Assembly: GCA_002429325.1 (NCBI GenBank)
Contig: DIZH01000006.1
Coordinates: forward strand, 1 to 50,243
Length of the DNA: 50,243 nucleotides
From: Patescibacteria group bacterium UBA6033
GTDB lineage: Bacteria > Patescibacteriota > Minisyncoccia > Phycocordibacterales > Phycocordibacteraceae
Direction: 5' to 3'
Shown here piece by piece: positions 9,231-18,646 of this stretch (its first letter is position 1; each line of letters starts with the position of its first letter). A model generated the notes under the pieces. That model ran no database searches. It was not told the origin of the DNA and worked only from the letters and a program-made list of their open reading frames with translations. Both the position numbers and the translations under genes were made by a program.

Positions 9231-9695
9231 CGTCATTACGATGCGGGGCTCTCCGTCGTCGAAGTAGTTTTCGATGCGTTCGCCTATAGTAAAGCCGAGA
9301 GATTCGTACAGTTTAATTGCTCGCGCATTGTCGGGATGCGTGACGAGGTCTATTGTGGGAACGTCTTTTAATTCTTCAAGCACCTGCTTCATCGCCGCTG
9401 TTGCAAGTCCGCGACCTTGGAAGTCTGGATGAATAATAAGGCCGCTTATATAGGCATGGTCGGGCGATTTCATTTTATACATCACATTCCCGACGATTTT
9501 GTCGTCTTCGCGTATAAGATACACAACGTTGTTTTGAATTTCCGATATCGCTTCGTCGAGAGTAGTGGTTGGCGAATATGTAGGAGTCAAAGGGATGCTT
9601 TTTTCTATCTCTAGAAATACGGCAGCATCTTCGGCTGTAGCACGCTCGAATGTGATATTAGGAGCTTTTTCTTTTCCTCTCTCGTAGATTTCCAT
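9216..9695 (-). CDS. GNAT family N-acetyltransferase
   Basis: IHPDFQGRGLA acetyl-CoA motif and NARAIKLYESLGF. Confidence 0.92.
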   Translation of the reverse strand: MEIYERGKEKAPNITFERATAEDAAVFLEIEKSIPLTPTYSPTTTLDEAISEIQNNVVYLIREDDKIVGNVMYKMKSPDHAYISGLIIHPDFQGRGLATAAMKQVLEELKDVPTIDLVTHPDNARAIKLYESLGFTIGERIENYFDDGEPRIVMTLART

Positions 9696-9778
9696 ACGAG
9701 AAGTCTAGCATTGGCGCTAGTTACATGGATGGGGTATATTGCCCTCGTTCCAACCAAACATACATAAGGAGCTCTTTC

Positions 9779-10051
9779 ATGAAAATAGTTTTCTTGCAGT
9801 ACGCGAGCAATGTCTGCTATGTCCAAGTCGTCGCGGAAGCCCCGCAAGGCGTTGCAGTCGACGTTGGGAATCAGACGTGGACGGTAGATTGGCCGCAGAA
9901 GCGAACTTACAAAATCGGGCAGTCTCACTACTGCGGCGATACACGAGGAGGCATCATCGGTGTCTATGACGCTGACGACCTGAATCAGCTCGGTTCGATG
10001 GTACGTGCCGCGACCGAAGCGGTACGTGAGCGCCATGGCGGCGATGACTGA
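9779..10051 (+). CDS. Small hypothetical protein
   Basis: TAAGGAG SD before ATG 9779; 90 aa. Confidence 0.6.
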   Translation: MKIVFLQYASNVCYVQVVAEAPQGVAVDVGNQTWTVDWPQKRTYKIGQSHYCGDTRGGIIGVYDADDLNQLGSMVRAATEAVRERHGGDD

Positions 10052-10100
10052 CGTGTTGATTGCGCGGACCCTGCGGGTCCGCGCATGGTATTTTATATGC

Positions 10101-10637
10101 ATGAGCGCGCATTTCAGTTCTCCCCACGAGAATGTCCTGCAGGTTGGGCTACACGAAGGGATGAAGGTCGGCGATTTCGGTACGGGTACGGGCCACTATG
10201 CGCGTGCCGCGGCCGCTATCGTTGGCCACAGTGGTCGCGTCTACGCTATCGACGTGCAGGAGGATATCCTCAAACATCTCAAACTCAATACGAATGATAG
10301 GCATCGAAGCGTCATCGAGACTATCTGGGGCGATATCGAGAAGCCGACCGGCACGCATCTGCGCGATGCGTCCTTGGATGCGGTGCTCCTCGCTAATACA
10401 TTCTTCCAGGTCGAGAATCGATTCGGGCTTCTCGCAGAAATAAAGCGCGTGCTTAAGTCCGGCGGCACGCTCATGGTTGTCGATTGGGCAGGGAGCTACG
10501 GGCACCTGGGCCCGATGCCAGAGAAGATCGTCACTGAGCACGAGGCCGAAGCATTTTTTATCAATGGCGGATTCCATAAGGTGAAATCATTCCGCGCGGG
10601 ACCGCACCACTACGGTATTATATTTAGAGCGCCCTAA
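10101..10637 (+). CDS. Class I SAM-dependent methyltransferase
   Basis: VGDFGTGTG, VYAID and RVLKSGG motifs; start at MSAHF. Confidence 0.9.
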   Translation: MSAHFSSPHENVLQVGLHEGMKVGDFGTGTGHYARAAAAIVGHSGRVYAIDVQEDILKHLKLNTNDRHRSVIETIWGDIEKPTGTHLRDASLDAVLLANTFFQVENRFGLLAEIKRVLKSGGTLMVVDWAGSYGHLGPMPEKIVTEHEAEAFFINGGFHKVKSFRAGPHHYGIIFRAP

Positions 10638-10638
10638 T

Positions 10639-11946
10639 ATGAAAAAACTCTCCATCTTCCAGACCCTCCTCTTCGGCGCATTTGCTGTGGCTGCGCTCAT
10701 CGGCGTATTCGTCTTCGCGACCCATACAGGAAAAGGGAATAGCGGCCCTGCGACGATAGGCACCGTAGTGATATGGGGAACTCTGCCTGCATCAGCTATG
10801 CAGACACTGCTTACAGAAGCTACGAAAGCGGATCAGACTCTGAAAGATGTATCCTATGTGCAGAAGGACCCGAATACGCTCCCTACCGACCTCGCCTCCG
10901 CGATAGCCACAGGAAATGCTCCTGACCTCGTACTCACGTCTCAGGAACAATTGCATTCGCTTGCGAAGTTGGTCACTCCCGTACCGGTTGCGACTCTTCC
11001 TGCTGCAACATTTAACTCAGCCTTCGTGAGCGAAGGCGCAATGCTCGCGACGCCAGCAGGGGATAGCTACTACGGCATGCCGTTTCTAGTCGATCCTCTC
11101 GTCCTCTTCTACAACCGCGCCATCCTCTCGACCGATGGCATCGCGAAGCCACCTGCCACCTGGGAAGCACTTACGGGCCTTGTGCCGACCGTTGCGACGC
11201 TGACGCCGACCAAGCAGATCACCCGTGGCCTTATTGCTCTCGGGGGTTATAGCAATGTGCACAATGCCCGTGGAATACTCTCTGCACTTTTCTTGCAGAC
11301 CGGCGTTCCTGTCTCGTCCTACAGTAATGGCCAACTTGCGGCGAATCTCACGGGAGCCACTACAGGACAATCGCCAGGCCGCGCAGTACTCGACTTCTAT
11401 ACTCAATTTGCCGACCCATCGAAAGTTTCCTACACCTGGAATGCATCGCTGCCGGACTCTCAGCAATCATTCGTGAATGGCGACCTCGCTCTCTATCTCG
11501 GCTATGTCTCCGAAGCGAAATTCCTTAGGGCAGCAAATCCGAATCTTGACTTCGCAGTATCACAGCTGCCGCAGCCTGCTACAGCCACTCTTAAGTCGGC
11601 CTATGGCCTCCTGTATTCTTTCATGATTCCGCGCGGCGCTACGAATTCTTCAGGAGCATACCAGACTGCAGCACTCTTCAGTACCTCCGCCATGCAAGCT
11701 CTTGCTGCATCGGCGACTGGCCTTGCTCCTGCGTCACTCAGTCAGCTCAGCGTGCAGCCAGCGGACCCGATTCTCGTTATCGCGTATGGAGAGGCGTTGT
11801 ACACGAAAGGGTGGCTGTCCCCATCCCCGGCAGATACGGACTCAGTCTTTTCGAGTATGATTACGGGTGTGATAAGCGGCCGCTTAACGCTTGAGACAGC
11901 CCTGACCTCAAGCACAAATGCGTTAAGCGCTCTATTGCAAAAATAA
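10639..11946 (+). CDS. Membrane-anchored extracellular solute-binding-like protein
   Basis: N-terminal TM, APDLV, YYGMPFLVDPLVLFYN, PPATWE, FVNGDLALY. Confidence 0.85.
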   Translation: MKKLSIFQTLLFGAFAVAALIGVFVFATHTGKGNSGPATIGTVVIWGTLPASAMQTLLTEATKADQTLKDVSYVQKDPNTLPTDLASAIATGNAPDLVLTSQEQLHSLAKLVTPVPVATLPAATFNSAFVSEGAMLATPAGDSYYGMPFLVDPLVLFYNRAILSTDGIAKPPATWEALTGLVPTVATLTPTKQITRGLIALGGYSNVHNARGILSALFLQTGVPVSSYSNGQLAANLTGATTGQSPGRAVLDFYTQFADPSKVSYTWNASLPDSQQSFVNGDLALYLGYVSEAKFLRAANPNLDFAVSQLPQPATATLKSAYGLLYSFMIPRGATNSSGAYQTAALFSTSAMQALAASATGLAPASLSQLSVQPADPILVIAYGEALYTKGWLSPSPADTDSVFSSMITGVISGRLTLETALTSSTNALSALLQK

Positions 11947-11947
11947 T

Positions 11948-12415
11948 ATGCGATATCTCACTATCTCTCTCGTTGCTCTCTCTCTGATTTCGTTTGCTAC
12001 ACCGATTGTTGCTTCTGCTCAGACTTGTCCTCCAGGACAAGTCCCAACCAATGTAGTAAGTTCTACGGATTACACTTGTACCGCAACAACCGGGCAAAAT
12101 ACTTCTGGGACACAAACGACCGGCACGAATACTTCTGGCGTTACGCTCATGAATCCTCTCCAGGGCGGTACCAGCCTTGAGTCATTTTTGAATACCATTC
12201 TTTCGTTCGTGATACGCATCGGAGCTATCGTCGTGGTGCTCATGCTCGTCTATGTCGGCTATCTATTCGTCGTAGCGCAAGGAAGCGATTCCAAGCTCAC
12301 TGACGCTCGGAAAGCACTACTCTGGACTATCATCGGCGCGCTCATATTGCTCGGCGCTCAAGCGATATCGCTCGGCATCCAATCGACTGTGCAAGCGCTC
12401 TCTGTAGGCGGCTAG
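11948..12415 (+). CDS. TrbC/VirB2-like pilin
   Basis: Signal peptide plus two TM helices joined by G...K...W..IG. Confidence 0.75.
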   Translation: MRYLTISLVALSLISFATPIVASAQTCPPGQVPTNVVSSTDYTCTATTGQNTSGTQTTGTNTSGVTLMNPLQGGTSLESFLNTILSFVIRIGAIVVVLMLVYVGYLFVVAQGSDSKLTDARKALLWTIIGALILLGAQAISLGIQSTVQALSVGG

Positions 12416-12419
12416 TGTT

Positions 12420-12689
12420 ATGACCTTCGCTCAATTTATTGGGAATGGCAGCACAGGTATAATTGGCGCCATCAATACCGTCGTGGTCCCTGTTATTTTC
12501 TCTCTCTCGTTTGCAGCATTCGTATGGGGGATGGTGAAGTATTTTTTCCTTCACGGTGAGGAAGAGAAGAGTAGAGAGGAGGGAAGACAATTTATTCTCT
12601 GGGGTCTCATCGGTTTGGCTGTGCTCTTTTCTGTGTGGGGCTTCGTGAACATCTTATTATCCACTCTCGGCATCACGCCGAGTGCTTAA
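12420..12689 (+). CDS. TrbC/VirB2-like pilin
   Basis: FVWG...EEGRQFILWGLIGL..SVWG paralogous pattern. Confidence 0.75.
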   Translation: MTFAQFIGNGSTGIIGAINTVVVPVIFSLSFAAFVWGMVKYFFLHGEEEKSREEGRQFILWGLIGLAVLFSVWGFVNILLSTLGITPSA

Positions 12690-12707
12690 CGTGTCATACT
12701 CATACCT

Positions 12708-13055
12708 ATGATAACTGCCTCATGTTCCGGTTTGTGTGGTATCGCATCAATCGTTCTTGGTCTCATCAATACAATATTCGTGCCACTACTCTTCGCTGTT
12801 GCGTTCATCGTATTTATCTACGGCATTGCCAAGACCTATATCTTCTCTCATGGTGAGCCGGAAGAGGTCGCACAAGGACACAAGCTCCTTCTGTGGGGAC
12901 TCATTGGCTTCGCAGTCATGGTGTCGGTCTGGGGTATTGTGAACGTGGTAACGAATACGTTCGGACTCAATACTATAGGCTCGCCAGCCACACCCACCTT
13001 TACCCCGAGCAGTTCAGGAGCATCAGGTCAGAATCAGATGAACTGGTACAATTAA
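12708..13055 (+). CDS. TrbC/VirB2-like pilin
   Basis: VPLLFAVAFIVFIYG...LLWGLIGFAVMVSVWG. Confidence 0.75.
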   Translation: MITASCSGLCGIASIVLGLINTIFVPLLFAVAFIVFIYGIAKTYIFSHGEPEEVAQGHKLLLWGLIGFAVMVSVWGIVNVVTNTFGLNTIGSPATPTFTPSSSGASGQNQMNWYN

Positions 13056-13058
13056 CGT

Positions 13059-13427
13059 ATGAAGAAAATCTTTCTCAGAACAGCTCCTCTCTTGCCCGTC
13101 CTCGCCATGCCTTTTGTGGCCTCTGCACAGCAGGGCATTAACCTTTCAGCGATAACGCCGTATTCAAACGGCATCATCAATCTCGTTAACGCCGTGCTCG
13201 TACCAGTGCTCTTCGCCATTGCCTTCCTCTATTTCATCTATGGTGTATACAAATATTTCATCCTGGGAGCAGAAAGCGATACTGAGCGTGCTACAGGACG
13301 GACGTTCGTCCTCTGGAGCCTCATCGGCTTCGCCGTCATTTTGTCAGTCTGGGGGCTAGTAAATGTGCTCACTCAGACCTTCAATATTCCTACAGGGGGC
13401 CAACCACCAAGATATCCTACGCTGTAG
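13059..13427 (+). CDS. TrbC/VirB2-like pilin
   Basis: Signal peptide (ASAQ); VPVLFAIAF...VLWSLIGFAVILSVWG. Confidence 0.75.
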   Translation: MKKIFLRTAPLLPVLAMPFVASAQQGINLSAITPYSNGIINLVNAVLVPVLFAIAFLYFIYGVYKYFILGAESDTERATGRTFVLWSLIGFAVILSVWGLVNVLTQTFNIPTGGQPPRYPTL

Positions 13428-13476
13428 TTAGTTGCTATTGCGGACAAGGGCTATCCACACGTGCGTCAAAAGTGCA

Positions 13477-13504
13477 TTGACCCGCCCTGTCTACAGGCTA
13501 CAAT
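13477..13504 (+). promoter_or_regulatory. Promoter TTGACC-N16-TACAAT in front of the fifth pilin
   Basis: Near-consensus boxes in the only sizeable gap of the pilin run. Confidence 0.55.
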
Positions 13505-13530
13505 TACTCCATTAATCGTTTACTTACCCT

Positions 13531-13905
13531 ATGAAAAAAGCCCTTGCTCTTACCTCAGGAATCGTCGCCGCGTTTGCTCTGCCGCTCGTCTCTCTTGCTG
13601 CAGCAGTTAATAATCTCTCAGACGTAGGTTCGTTCGTCATAAATGTCATTAACAATATTCTCGTGCCAGTCATCTTCGCGGTGGCATTCATCGTGTTCGT
13701 GTATGGAGCATTCGAGACCTTTATCATCGGCGCCAACTCAGAGGAAGTAAAAGAAAAGGGTAAGAATCTCATGCTCTGGGGCCTCATCGGCTTCTTCGTC
13801 ATGGTGTCGGTCTGGGGTCTAGTGAACATTCTTACGGGAACCGTCAGCTTCGGTAATAACTCAGGTGTTACTGCACCGAAAGCAGGAGTCAACATTGGCG
13901 GCTAG
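13531..13905 (+). CDS. TrbC/VirB2-like pilin
   Basis: Signal peptide; VPVIFAVAFIVFVYG...MLWGLIGFFVMVSVWG. Confidence 0.78.
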   Translation: MKKALALTSGIVAAFALPLVSLAAAVNNLSDVGSFVINVINNILVPVIFAVAFIVFVYGAFETFIIGANSEEVKEKGKNLMLWGLIGFFVMVSVWGLVNILTGTVSFGNNSGVTAPKAGVNIGG

Positions 13906-13910
13906 GGAGA

Positions 13911-14204
13911 ATGTCAGTTCTCAATCAGTTTCTTAGTAAAGTTGTCACGCAAATAATCAATCCGATTATTTTGCTTCTTGCAGCGGCCGCGTTCGTTGTA
14001 TTCCTGTGGGGCATATTCGAGTTCGTCGCTCATGCGGGTGAAGAGACGAAAAGAGCAGAAGGGAAGAGCGCTATTCTCTGGGGACTGGTTGGTCTCGTGA
14101 TCATCTTCGGCGCCTACGGCATCATCAATCTGGCTATCGGTACATTTGGCTTGACGCCTAATGGCCAGACCACGATTCAAGGCGTGGTACACCAGACACA
14201 GTAG
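13911..14204 (+). CDS. TrbC/VirB2-like pilin
   Basis: FVVFLWG...KRAEGKSAILWGLVG. Confidence 0.75.
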   Translation: MSVLNQFLSKVVTQIINPIILLLAAAAFVVFLWGIFEFVAHAGEETKRAEGKSAILWGLVGLVIIFGAYGIINLAIGTFGLTPNGQTTIQGVVHQTQ

Positions 14205-14218
14205 GGTCATATAAAGAA

Positions 14219-14246
14219 AAAAGGCCGCACAACCGTGCGGCCTTTT
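14219..14246. terminator. Bidirectional intrinsic terminator
   Basis: AAAAGGCCGCAC-AACC-GTGCGGCCTTTT between convergent genes. Confidence 0.8.
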
Positions 14247-14273
14247 CGTGTGCTGGACATCCAGCGAAGAACT

Positions 14274-14669
14274 TCAGTTGAACACGTACGTAACGTTGTT
14301 CGGCTTCCCGGTTGTATCGCGAACGAATTGATACAACATGGGGCCACTAACGCACGGACTCGTTGGGTCACCTACGATTCCCTCATGCCCGTCGGTGTAA
14401 ATGCAATGGGTAGTGAACCCATTACCGGTGAACGACACAGATTTCCCCGGCGGCGCATACACGTGAGTGCTATCGCCGCTGGGAGGCATCGAGAGGACCA
14501 TTGTTGCAGGAGCTCTTTGCGAGTTCCCGACGGTCGGCGTCGATTTGTACTTCCATAGCTGGTAGGCGAAGAAGCCGAGTGCCAGGACGCCTATAAGGAT
14601 GAAACCCATCATCGTCATCCAACTTCGTGTCCGCAACACTGAGGGTGTTGCCATATCGGGCGGGTTCAT
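14274..14669 (-). CDS. Hypothetical single-TM protein
   Basis: ATGA overlap with the upstream SPFH-like gene, GGAGG SD, one TM helix. Confidence 0.7.
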   Translation of the reverse strand: MNPPDMATPSVLRTRSWMTMMGFILIGVLALGFFAYQLWKYKSTPTVGNSQRAPATMVLSMPPSGDSTHVYAPPGKSVSFTGNGFTTHCIYTDGHEGIVGDPTSPCVSGPMLYQFVRDTTGKPNNVTYVFN

Positions 14670-15646
14670 TTCTTTCCTCCTTTCAATGCGTCAAGGGTTG
14701 CGGCAACAGCGCCGGCCGGGTTACCTTCGAGACCTTCCACGACTTTGACATCGATGGTGGTCTTATTGCCCGACACGGCCATGGCCCTAGTCAGCATCTT
14801 TTGATACGCCTCGGCCGTGATCGTGTTGTCGCCGATCTGACGGGTAAGCTCTGTTGTGGTCAATCCGTACAGCTTCGCCACCACTTCGAACAGGGCTTCC
14901 GCTTCATCGATAGCACTTCGCGTCTGCTGTACATCCTCGGGGAGTGTCACTTTGTCGATGATGATGGCGACGGTCCGGTAGCCATATTTGTTGCGGATTG
15001 AAGAAAGCGTTCCGCCGGTGTCCATCATCATTGTTTGCAGTTGACTCCCCAGGTCCTCGAGCGCCGCTTTACTCCGGACATCCTTTGATAGCTTGTCGGC
15101 GGCGTAAACCGTCAGGAAGTTTTCAATGAATGCCGTGATGCCGTTTTCAACAACCGCCTTGCTGACGCCAATGGCCCGATCTATCACCTTCAGATCGATA
15201 GCGTATTCGTATTGGCCGTCGAAGATAACTTTGCCGCTCATAGTCGTAACTCCAACGTTGAAAGGTTGGGGCTGGACCATGAGAGAGTAGTTACCTGCGG
15301 CATTCCGTTGTTCCCACCAGTGGGATGCATGGACGCCTGGGCCGTACGAGACCATCCCACCATTGTGGCCGATGTCTTGAGTCACGTACCCGCACCATTC
15401 GGGGTTGATGATCACCATGCGTTTCGGCACGACTTTTGAGAGTGTGATGCCGCCGATGATGAATCCGATAAGAAGTCCCGTTGCGGGGAAATCCAGCATG
15501 GTGCCGATCCATCCGATCAGAAGCCATGGCACTGCCAAGATGACAGCGGAAGAGAAGATCGCACTGACTGCGCGTTCCCCCCGTTCCCTATTGATATCGC
15601 TGTCTTTTGGCCTCTCGATATCTATCCGGTAACCAGTTCGTGCCAT
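14666..15646 (-). CDS. SPFH/band 7-like membrane protein (divergent)
   Basis: Two N-terminal TMs, YGPGVH, YGYRTVAIIIDKVTLPEDVQ; AGGAGG SD. Confidence 0.65.
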   Translation of the reverse strand: MARTGYRIDIERPKDSDINRERGERAVSAIFSSAVILAVPWLLIGWIGTMLDFPATGLLIGFIIGGITLSKVVPKRMVIINPEWCGYVTQDIGHNGGMVSYGPGVHASHWWEQRNAAGNYSLMVQPQPFNVGVTTMSGKVIFDGQYEYAIDLKVIDRAIGVSKAVVENGITAFIENFLTVYAADKLSKDVRSKAALEDLGSQLQTMMMDTGGTLSSIRNKYGYRTVAIIIDKVTLPEDVQQTRSAIDEAEALFEVVAKLYGLTTTELTRQIGDNTITAEAYQKMLTRAMAVSGNKTTIDVKVVEGLEGNPAGAVAATLDALKGGKK

Positions 15647-15712
15647 GATGGCCTCCTAGACGTTGAAGAGTTGACGAATTTTTGAGCTGCAAGGATCTGC
15701 ACTCTGGAGTGC

Positions 15713-15740
15713 AGTATACAGGAAACTATAGACTTGTCAA
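15713..15740 (-). promoter_or_regulatory. Promoter TTGACA-N16-TATACT
   Basis: The -35 box directly abuts the duplicated tRNA-Leu 3' end. Confidence 0.7.
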
Positions 15741-15854
15741 GTGCTGGGGAGAGGACTTGGTCACGCATAAATCTCTGCTAAGATTTTGCGCGACCCCGCC
15801 TCAGGCCGTCGCCTTCTGGCATTCAAGTCCTTCTCAGACTCGCTTCGTTCGTTG
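15741..15854 (-). repeat. tRNA-tailing element of tRNA-Leu(TAG)
   Basis: Antisense T-arm copy at 15822-15837, GGGGTCG...CGTGACC hairpin, 19-bp direct repeat of the tRNA 3' end at 15741-15759. Confidence 0.8.
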
Positions 15855-15937
15855 TGCTGGGGAGAGGACTTGAACCTCCAATGGGTTGCCCCGTCAGCTC
15901 CTAAGGCTGATGCGTATACCAATTTCGCCACCCCAGC
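15855..15937 (-). tRNA. tRNA-Leu(TAG), no encoded CCA
   Basis: GCTGGGG acceptor, anticodon loop CT-TAG-GA, long variable arm, GGTTCAAGTCC. Confidence 0.95.
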
Positions 15938-16005
15938 GTCTTCCAAAGCATACTATGTTCTGCTATATTTTTCCTAGCGCATATATGTAATGATATAAGC
16001 ACTAC

Positions 16006-16078
16006 GCGCCCATAGCTCAGTTGGTAGAGCAGATCCCTCTTAAGGATAAGGTCCCAGGTTCGAGCCCTGGTGGGCGCA
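16006..16078 (+). tRNA. tRNA-Lys(CTT), no encoded CCA
   Basis: GCGCCCA/TGGGCGC, TAGCTCAGTTGGTAGAGC, CT-CTT-AA, GGTTCGAGCCC. Confidence 0.95.
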
Positions 16079-16266
16079 CAAATAGAACGAAGTGAAATTG
16101 GTACGCCCACAGGACGACATCTGCATGTCGTCCGTCAGGGCTCGAACGCCGGAACATACTTTCTTCAGCAGAAGAAAGTAGTGAGGCGGTGCCTAGTCCG
16201 AAGGTGAGCGACAGCGAACCCGAGAGACGAAGGAGAGAAAGGTACTCCTGTCCCTGGTGGGCGCAC
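16079..16266 (+). repeat. tRNA-tailing element of tRNA-Lys(CTT)
   Basis: Antisense copy CGCCCAC[hairpin]CAGGGCTCGAAC at 16104-16147; 15-bp direct repeat at 16252-16266. Confidence 0.8.
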
Positions 16267-16274
16267 CGATATAA

Positions 16275-16483
16275 TTTTGTGCCGAGAGTAAGAGTGAGAT
16301 CGGTCACGAATCACTAAGTACTTTTCTTTGTGCCGCTTGAAAAGTACTAAGCGTTCTCGACCCCGACTCGCCGACAAGCACTCGCTTCGCTCGTCTTGTG
16401 TACCGGCTCCGTCTTTCGAGTCCCACTCTATGTGCTACAAAAACATATTCCACAAACACTTCGTGTTCGTTCCGTTGTTTTTG
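16275..16483 (-). repeat. tRNA-tailing element of tRNA-Leu(TAA)
   Basis: Perfect 15-bp antisense T-arm copy at 16415-16429; GGGGTCGAGAACGCTTAG...TTCGTGACC hairpin; 15-bp direct repeat at 16275-16289. Confidence 0.8.
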
Positions 16484-16572
16484 TGCCGAGAGTGGGACTC
16501 GAACCCACACGAAAGTTTTTAGGCTGTCTCAGGATTTTAAGTCCTGTGCGTCTACCATTCCGCCATCTCGGC
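16484..16572 (-). tRNA. tRNA-Leu(TAA), no encoded CCA
   Basis: GCCGAGA acceptor, CAGGA-CT-TAA-AA-TCCTG, long irregular variable arm, GGTTCGAGTCCC. Confidence 0.92.
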
Positions 16573-16588
16573 AAACATCACATCGCAC

Positions 16589-16663
16589 TGGAGGCCAGGG
16601 CGGGAATTGAACCCGCGCATCGCGGTTTTGCAGACCGCTGTGTTACCACTTCACCACCTGGCC
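16589..16663 (-). tRNA. tRNA-Cys(GCA)
   Basis: GGCCAGG acceptor, GCGGT-CT-GCA-AA-ACCGC, U discriminator, CCA encoded. Confidence 0.95.
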
Positions 16664-16678
16664 GTACTTTGAATGATA

Positions 16679-17005
16679 CTAACTTTTCGGAAGTTCAGCT
16701 ATGGGTGCACCAATCTGTTCGCGGTTATCGAGCATGAATTCTATGCGTGGCAACGGACGTAAACGTGCATGCGTTTTCAAATGATCTGAGAAGGCTTCGC
16801 GGTGACGATCGAGGAAGGCGAGTGCTGCCTGGGCTTTGTCCTCAGGAAAGATACTCACGAACACGAGGACACGATCGCCATGAGCAACGGGTTCTGCGCG
16901 GATGACGGTTATGAGCGAACCGCTCCCGGCTTCTCGAGAAATGAATTGTGCAGCTTCCTGAGCGATGATCTCGCTCGCTCGGCGCTGTCGATCAGTGGTT
17001 TTCAT
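16679..17005 (-). CDS. rbfA: Ribosome-binding factor A
   Basis: RQRRASEII...LITV...VFVSI...LPRIEFMLD; located downstream of infB. Confidence 0.85.
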   Translation of the reverse strand: MKTTDRQRRASEIIAQEAAQFISREAGSGSLITVIRAEPVAHGDRVLVFVSIFPEDKAQAALAFLDRHREAFSDHLKTHARLRPLPRIEFMLDNREQIGAPIAELPKS

Positions 17006-17118
17006 CCCGTTAGAAATAGAACGCGAACATACCACGAGAGGTACATTCGAACCCTATCCAGTTATTGTTAATAATGTTCATACTGTTTTGACTTGTGCGT
17101 TCGCGATTTCTAACGGGA
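17005..17118. mobile_element. MITE-like element with TCCCGTTAGAAAT terminal inverted repeats and 4-bp TTCA direct repeats
   Basis: TIRs at 17005-17017 and 17106-17118; TTCA at 17001-17004 and 17119-17122. Confidence 0.8.
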
Positions 17119-17119
17119 T

Positions 17120-18589
17120 TCATGCGTCGATAATAGTAAACGCAACAATCTCGTCCCCGAACGTTGCGCTTTCACGCGCCTCAATCTCAATACCGAAATC
17201 GCCTTCAGTGTGTATTTCACGAATGTCGGCACGGGCCTGCTGTAAGTTGAGGATACTGCCGCGCGCAAGCTCCGTATCGCCACGCATCAATTTAATCCTA
17301 TCTTTCGTGGTGAGCGCGCCAGAGATGAATCGCGCACCGAGCACCTGCTTTTTCGCGCTTGAGGAGAATGCTTTCAACACTTTGGCTCGGCCGAGTTCCT
17401 TCTCGGTGGCTACCGCAGGGACGCGTTCCTCAAGGAGCTTCATGACGCGCTCAGAGAGCTCGTAAATGATTGAGAAAGAAAGTATGGAAACGGTGTCGCG
17501 CTCAGCAAGCTCGCGTGCGATAGCGTCCGTCCCGACATTGAACGCAATGATAGTGCCTCCAGACGCCACCGCGGTCTTCACGTCGGTCTCAGAGACGCTT
17601 CCGACACCTGAAGCGATGATGCGGACGACGGCGCGCTCATGAGTAATCTTCGCAATCTCATGGACGATTGCATCAATAGAACCCGCAACATCGGTTTTCA
17701 CGATAAGCGGCAGTTCTACGACGCCTTCCGCAAGAACACTCCGCTCGGGCGCCGCCGAGAGCTCCTTCGCATTTTTAAGCGCAGCAGCTTCAGCCTCTTT
17801 CTTATTCTTGACGATACTGAACAGCGATCCGGCGCTTGGCAGCTTGCTGAATCCGGACATGCGCACTGGTGACGATGGTCCTGCCTGTTCGATTCGTTTG
17901 CCACGGAAATCTTCAATGAAGCGTATTGGAGCGAAGGCATCGCCTGCCACGACGAAGCCGTCGAGCGTGAGCGTGCCGTCTTTAATGATGAGCGTAGCAG
18001 AAGCGCCGCGCTTCGGGTCTTGTGTTGATTCCAGGACGAACCCTGTCGCACTTGCACTCGTGTCAGCAGTGAGCTCGGCAAGATCAGAGGCAAGAAGTAC
18101 GAGATCAAGGAGTTCAGGAACACCCTCGCCGGTCTTCGACGACACGAGTGCGTAGGCGACATCGCCGCCCATGCCTTCTATAAATATTTCGTGCTCAAGA
18201 AGAGAATTCTTGGTGTGATCGATATCGGCATTATTCTTGTCGATCTTCGTGATCGCGACGATGAAAGGAATGTTCGCTTCTTTGATAGCAGAGAGAGCGT
18301 CGAGCGTCTGCGGCATGACGCCTTCGTCGGCTGCAACCACGAGAATAGCGATGTCGGCAGCGGCTGCGCCACGCGTACGCAAAGCTTTGAATGCTTCGTG
18401 GCCAGGTGTGTCGAGGAAAGTCACGGGGCGATCGTTGTGGAGCGCGATATAGGCAGCGACATGCTGCGTGATGCCTCCCGCTTCTCCCGCGACGACATTC
18501 GCCTTCCGGATGTAATCCAGAAGCGAAGACTTACCGTGGTCTATGTGACCCATCACCGCAATGACGGGCGGTCGTGATTCCCGCGCCAT
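17120..18589 (-). CDS. infB: Translation initiation factor IF-2 (short form, no N-terminal domain)
   Basis: [41 protein letters not shown]. Confidence 0.96.
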   Translation of the reverse strand: MARESRPPVIAVMGHIDHGKSSLLDYIRKANVVAGEAGGITQHVAAYIALHNDRPVTFLDTPGHEAFKALRTRGAAAADIAILVVAADEGVMPQTLDALSAIKEANIPFIVAITKIDKNNADIDHTKNSLLEHEIFIEGMGGDVAYALVSSKTGEGVPELLDLVLLASDLAELTADTSASATGFVLESTQDPKRGASATLIIKDGTLTLDGFVVAGDAFAPIRFIEDFRGKRIEQAGPSSPVRMSGFSKLPSAGSLFSIVKNKKEAEAAALKNAKELSAAPERSVLAEGVVELPLIVKTDVAGSIDAIVHEIAKITHERAVVRIIASGVGSVSETDVKTAVASGGTIIAFNVGTDAIARELAERDTVSILSFSIIYELSERVMKLLEERVPAVATEKELGRAKVLKAFSSSAKKQVLGARFISGALTTKDRIKLMRGDTELARGSILNLQQARADIREIHTEGDFGIEIEARESATFGDEIVAFTIIDA

Positions 18590-18646
18590 AATGGCTCTAT
18601 TTCATCACAAAAATGGCTTAATTGCAATGTACGTTATACTTCAGGC

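Noticed and set aside
13451-13459. DnaA-box-like CTATCCACA / replication origin
   Set aside because: A single mismatched box with no cluster and no dnaA nearby.
16511-16531. Intron in tRNA-Leu(TAA)
   Set aside because: The extra sequence lies in the variable arm and its length fits a class II tRNA.
15682-16737. Short ORFs across the tRNA cluster
   Set aside because: They are translations of tRNA genes and their tail elements.
17120-18589. infB as a truncated pseudogene
   Set aside because: The G-domain and C-terminal domains are intact, and N-terminally short IF2 is a known form.
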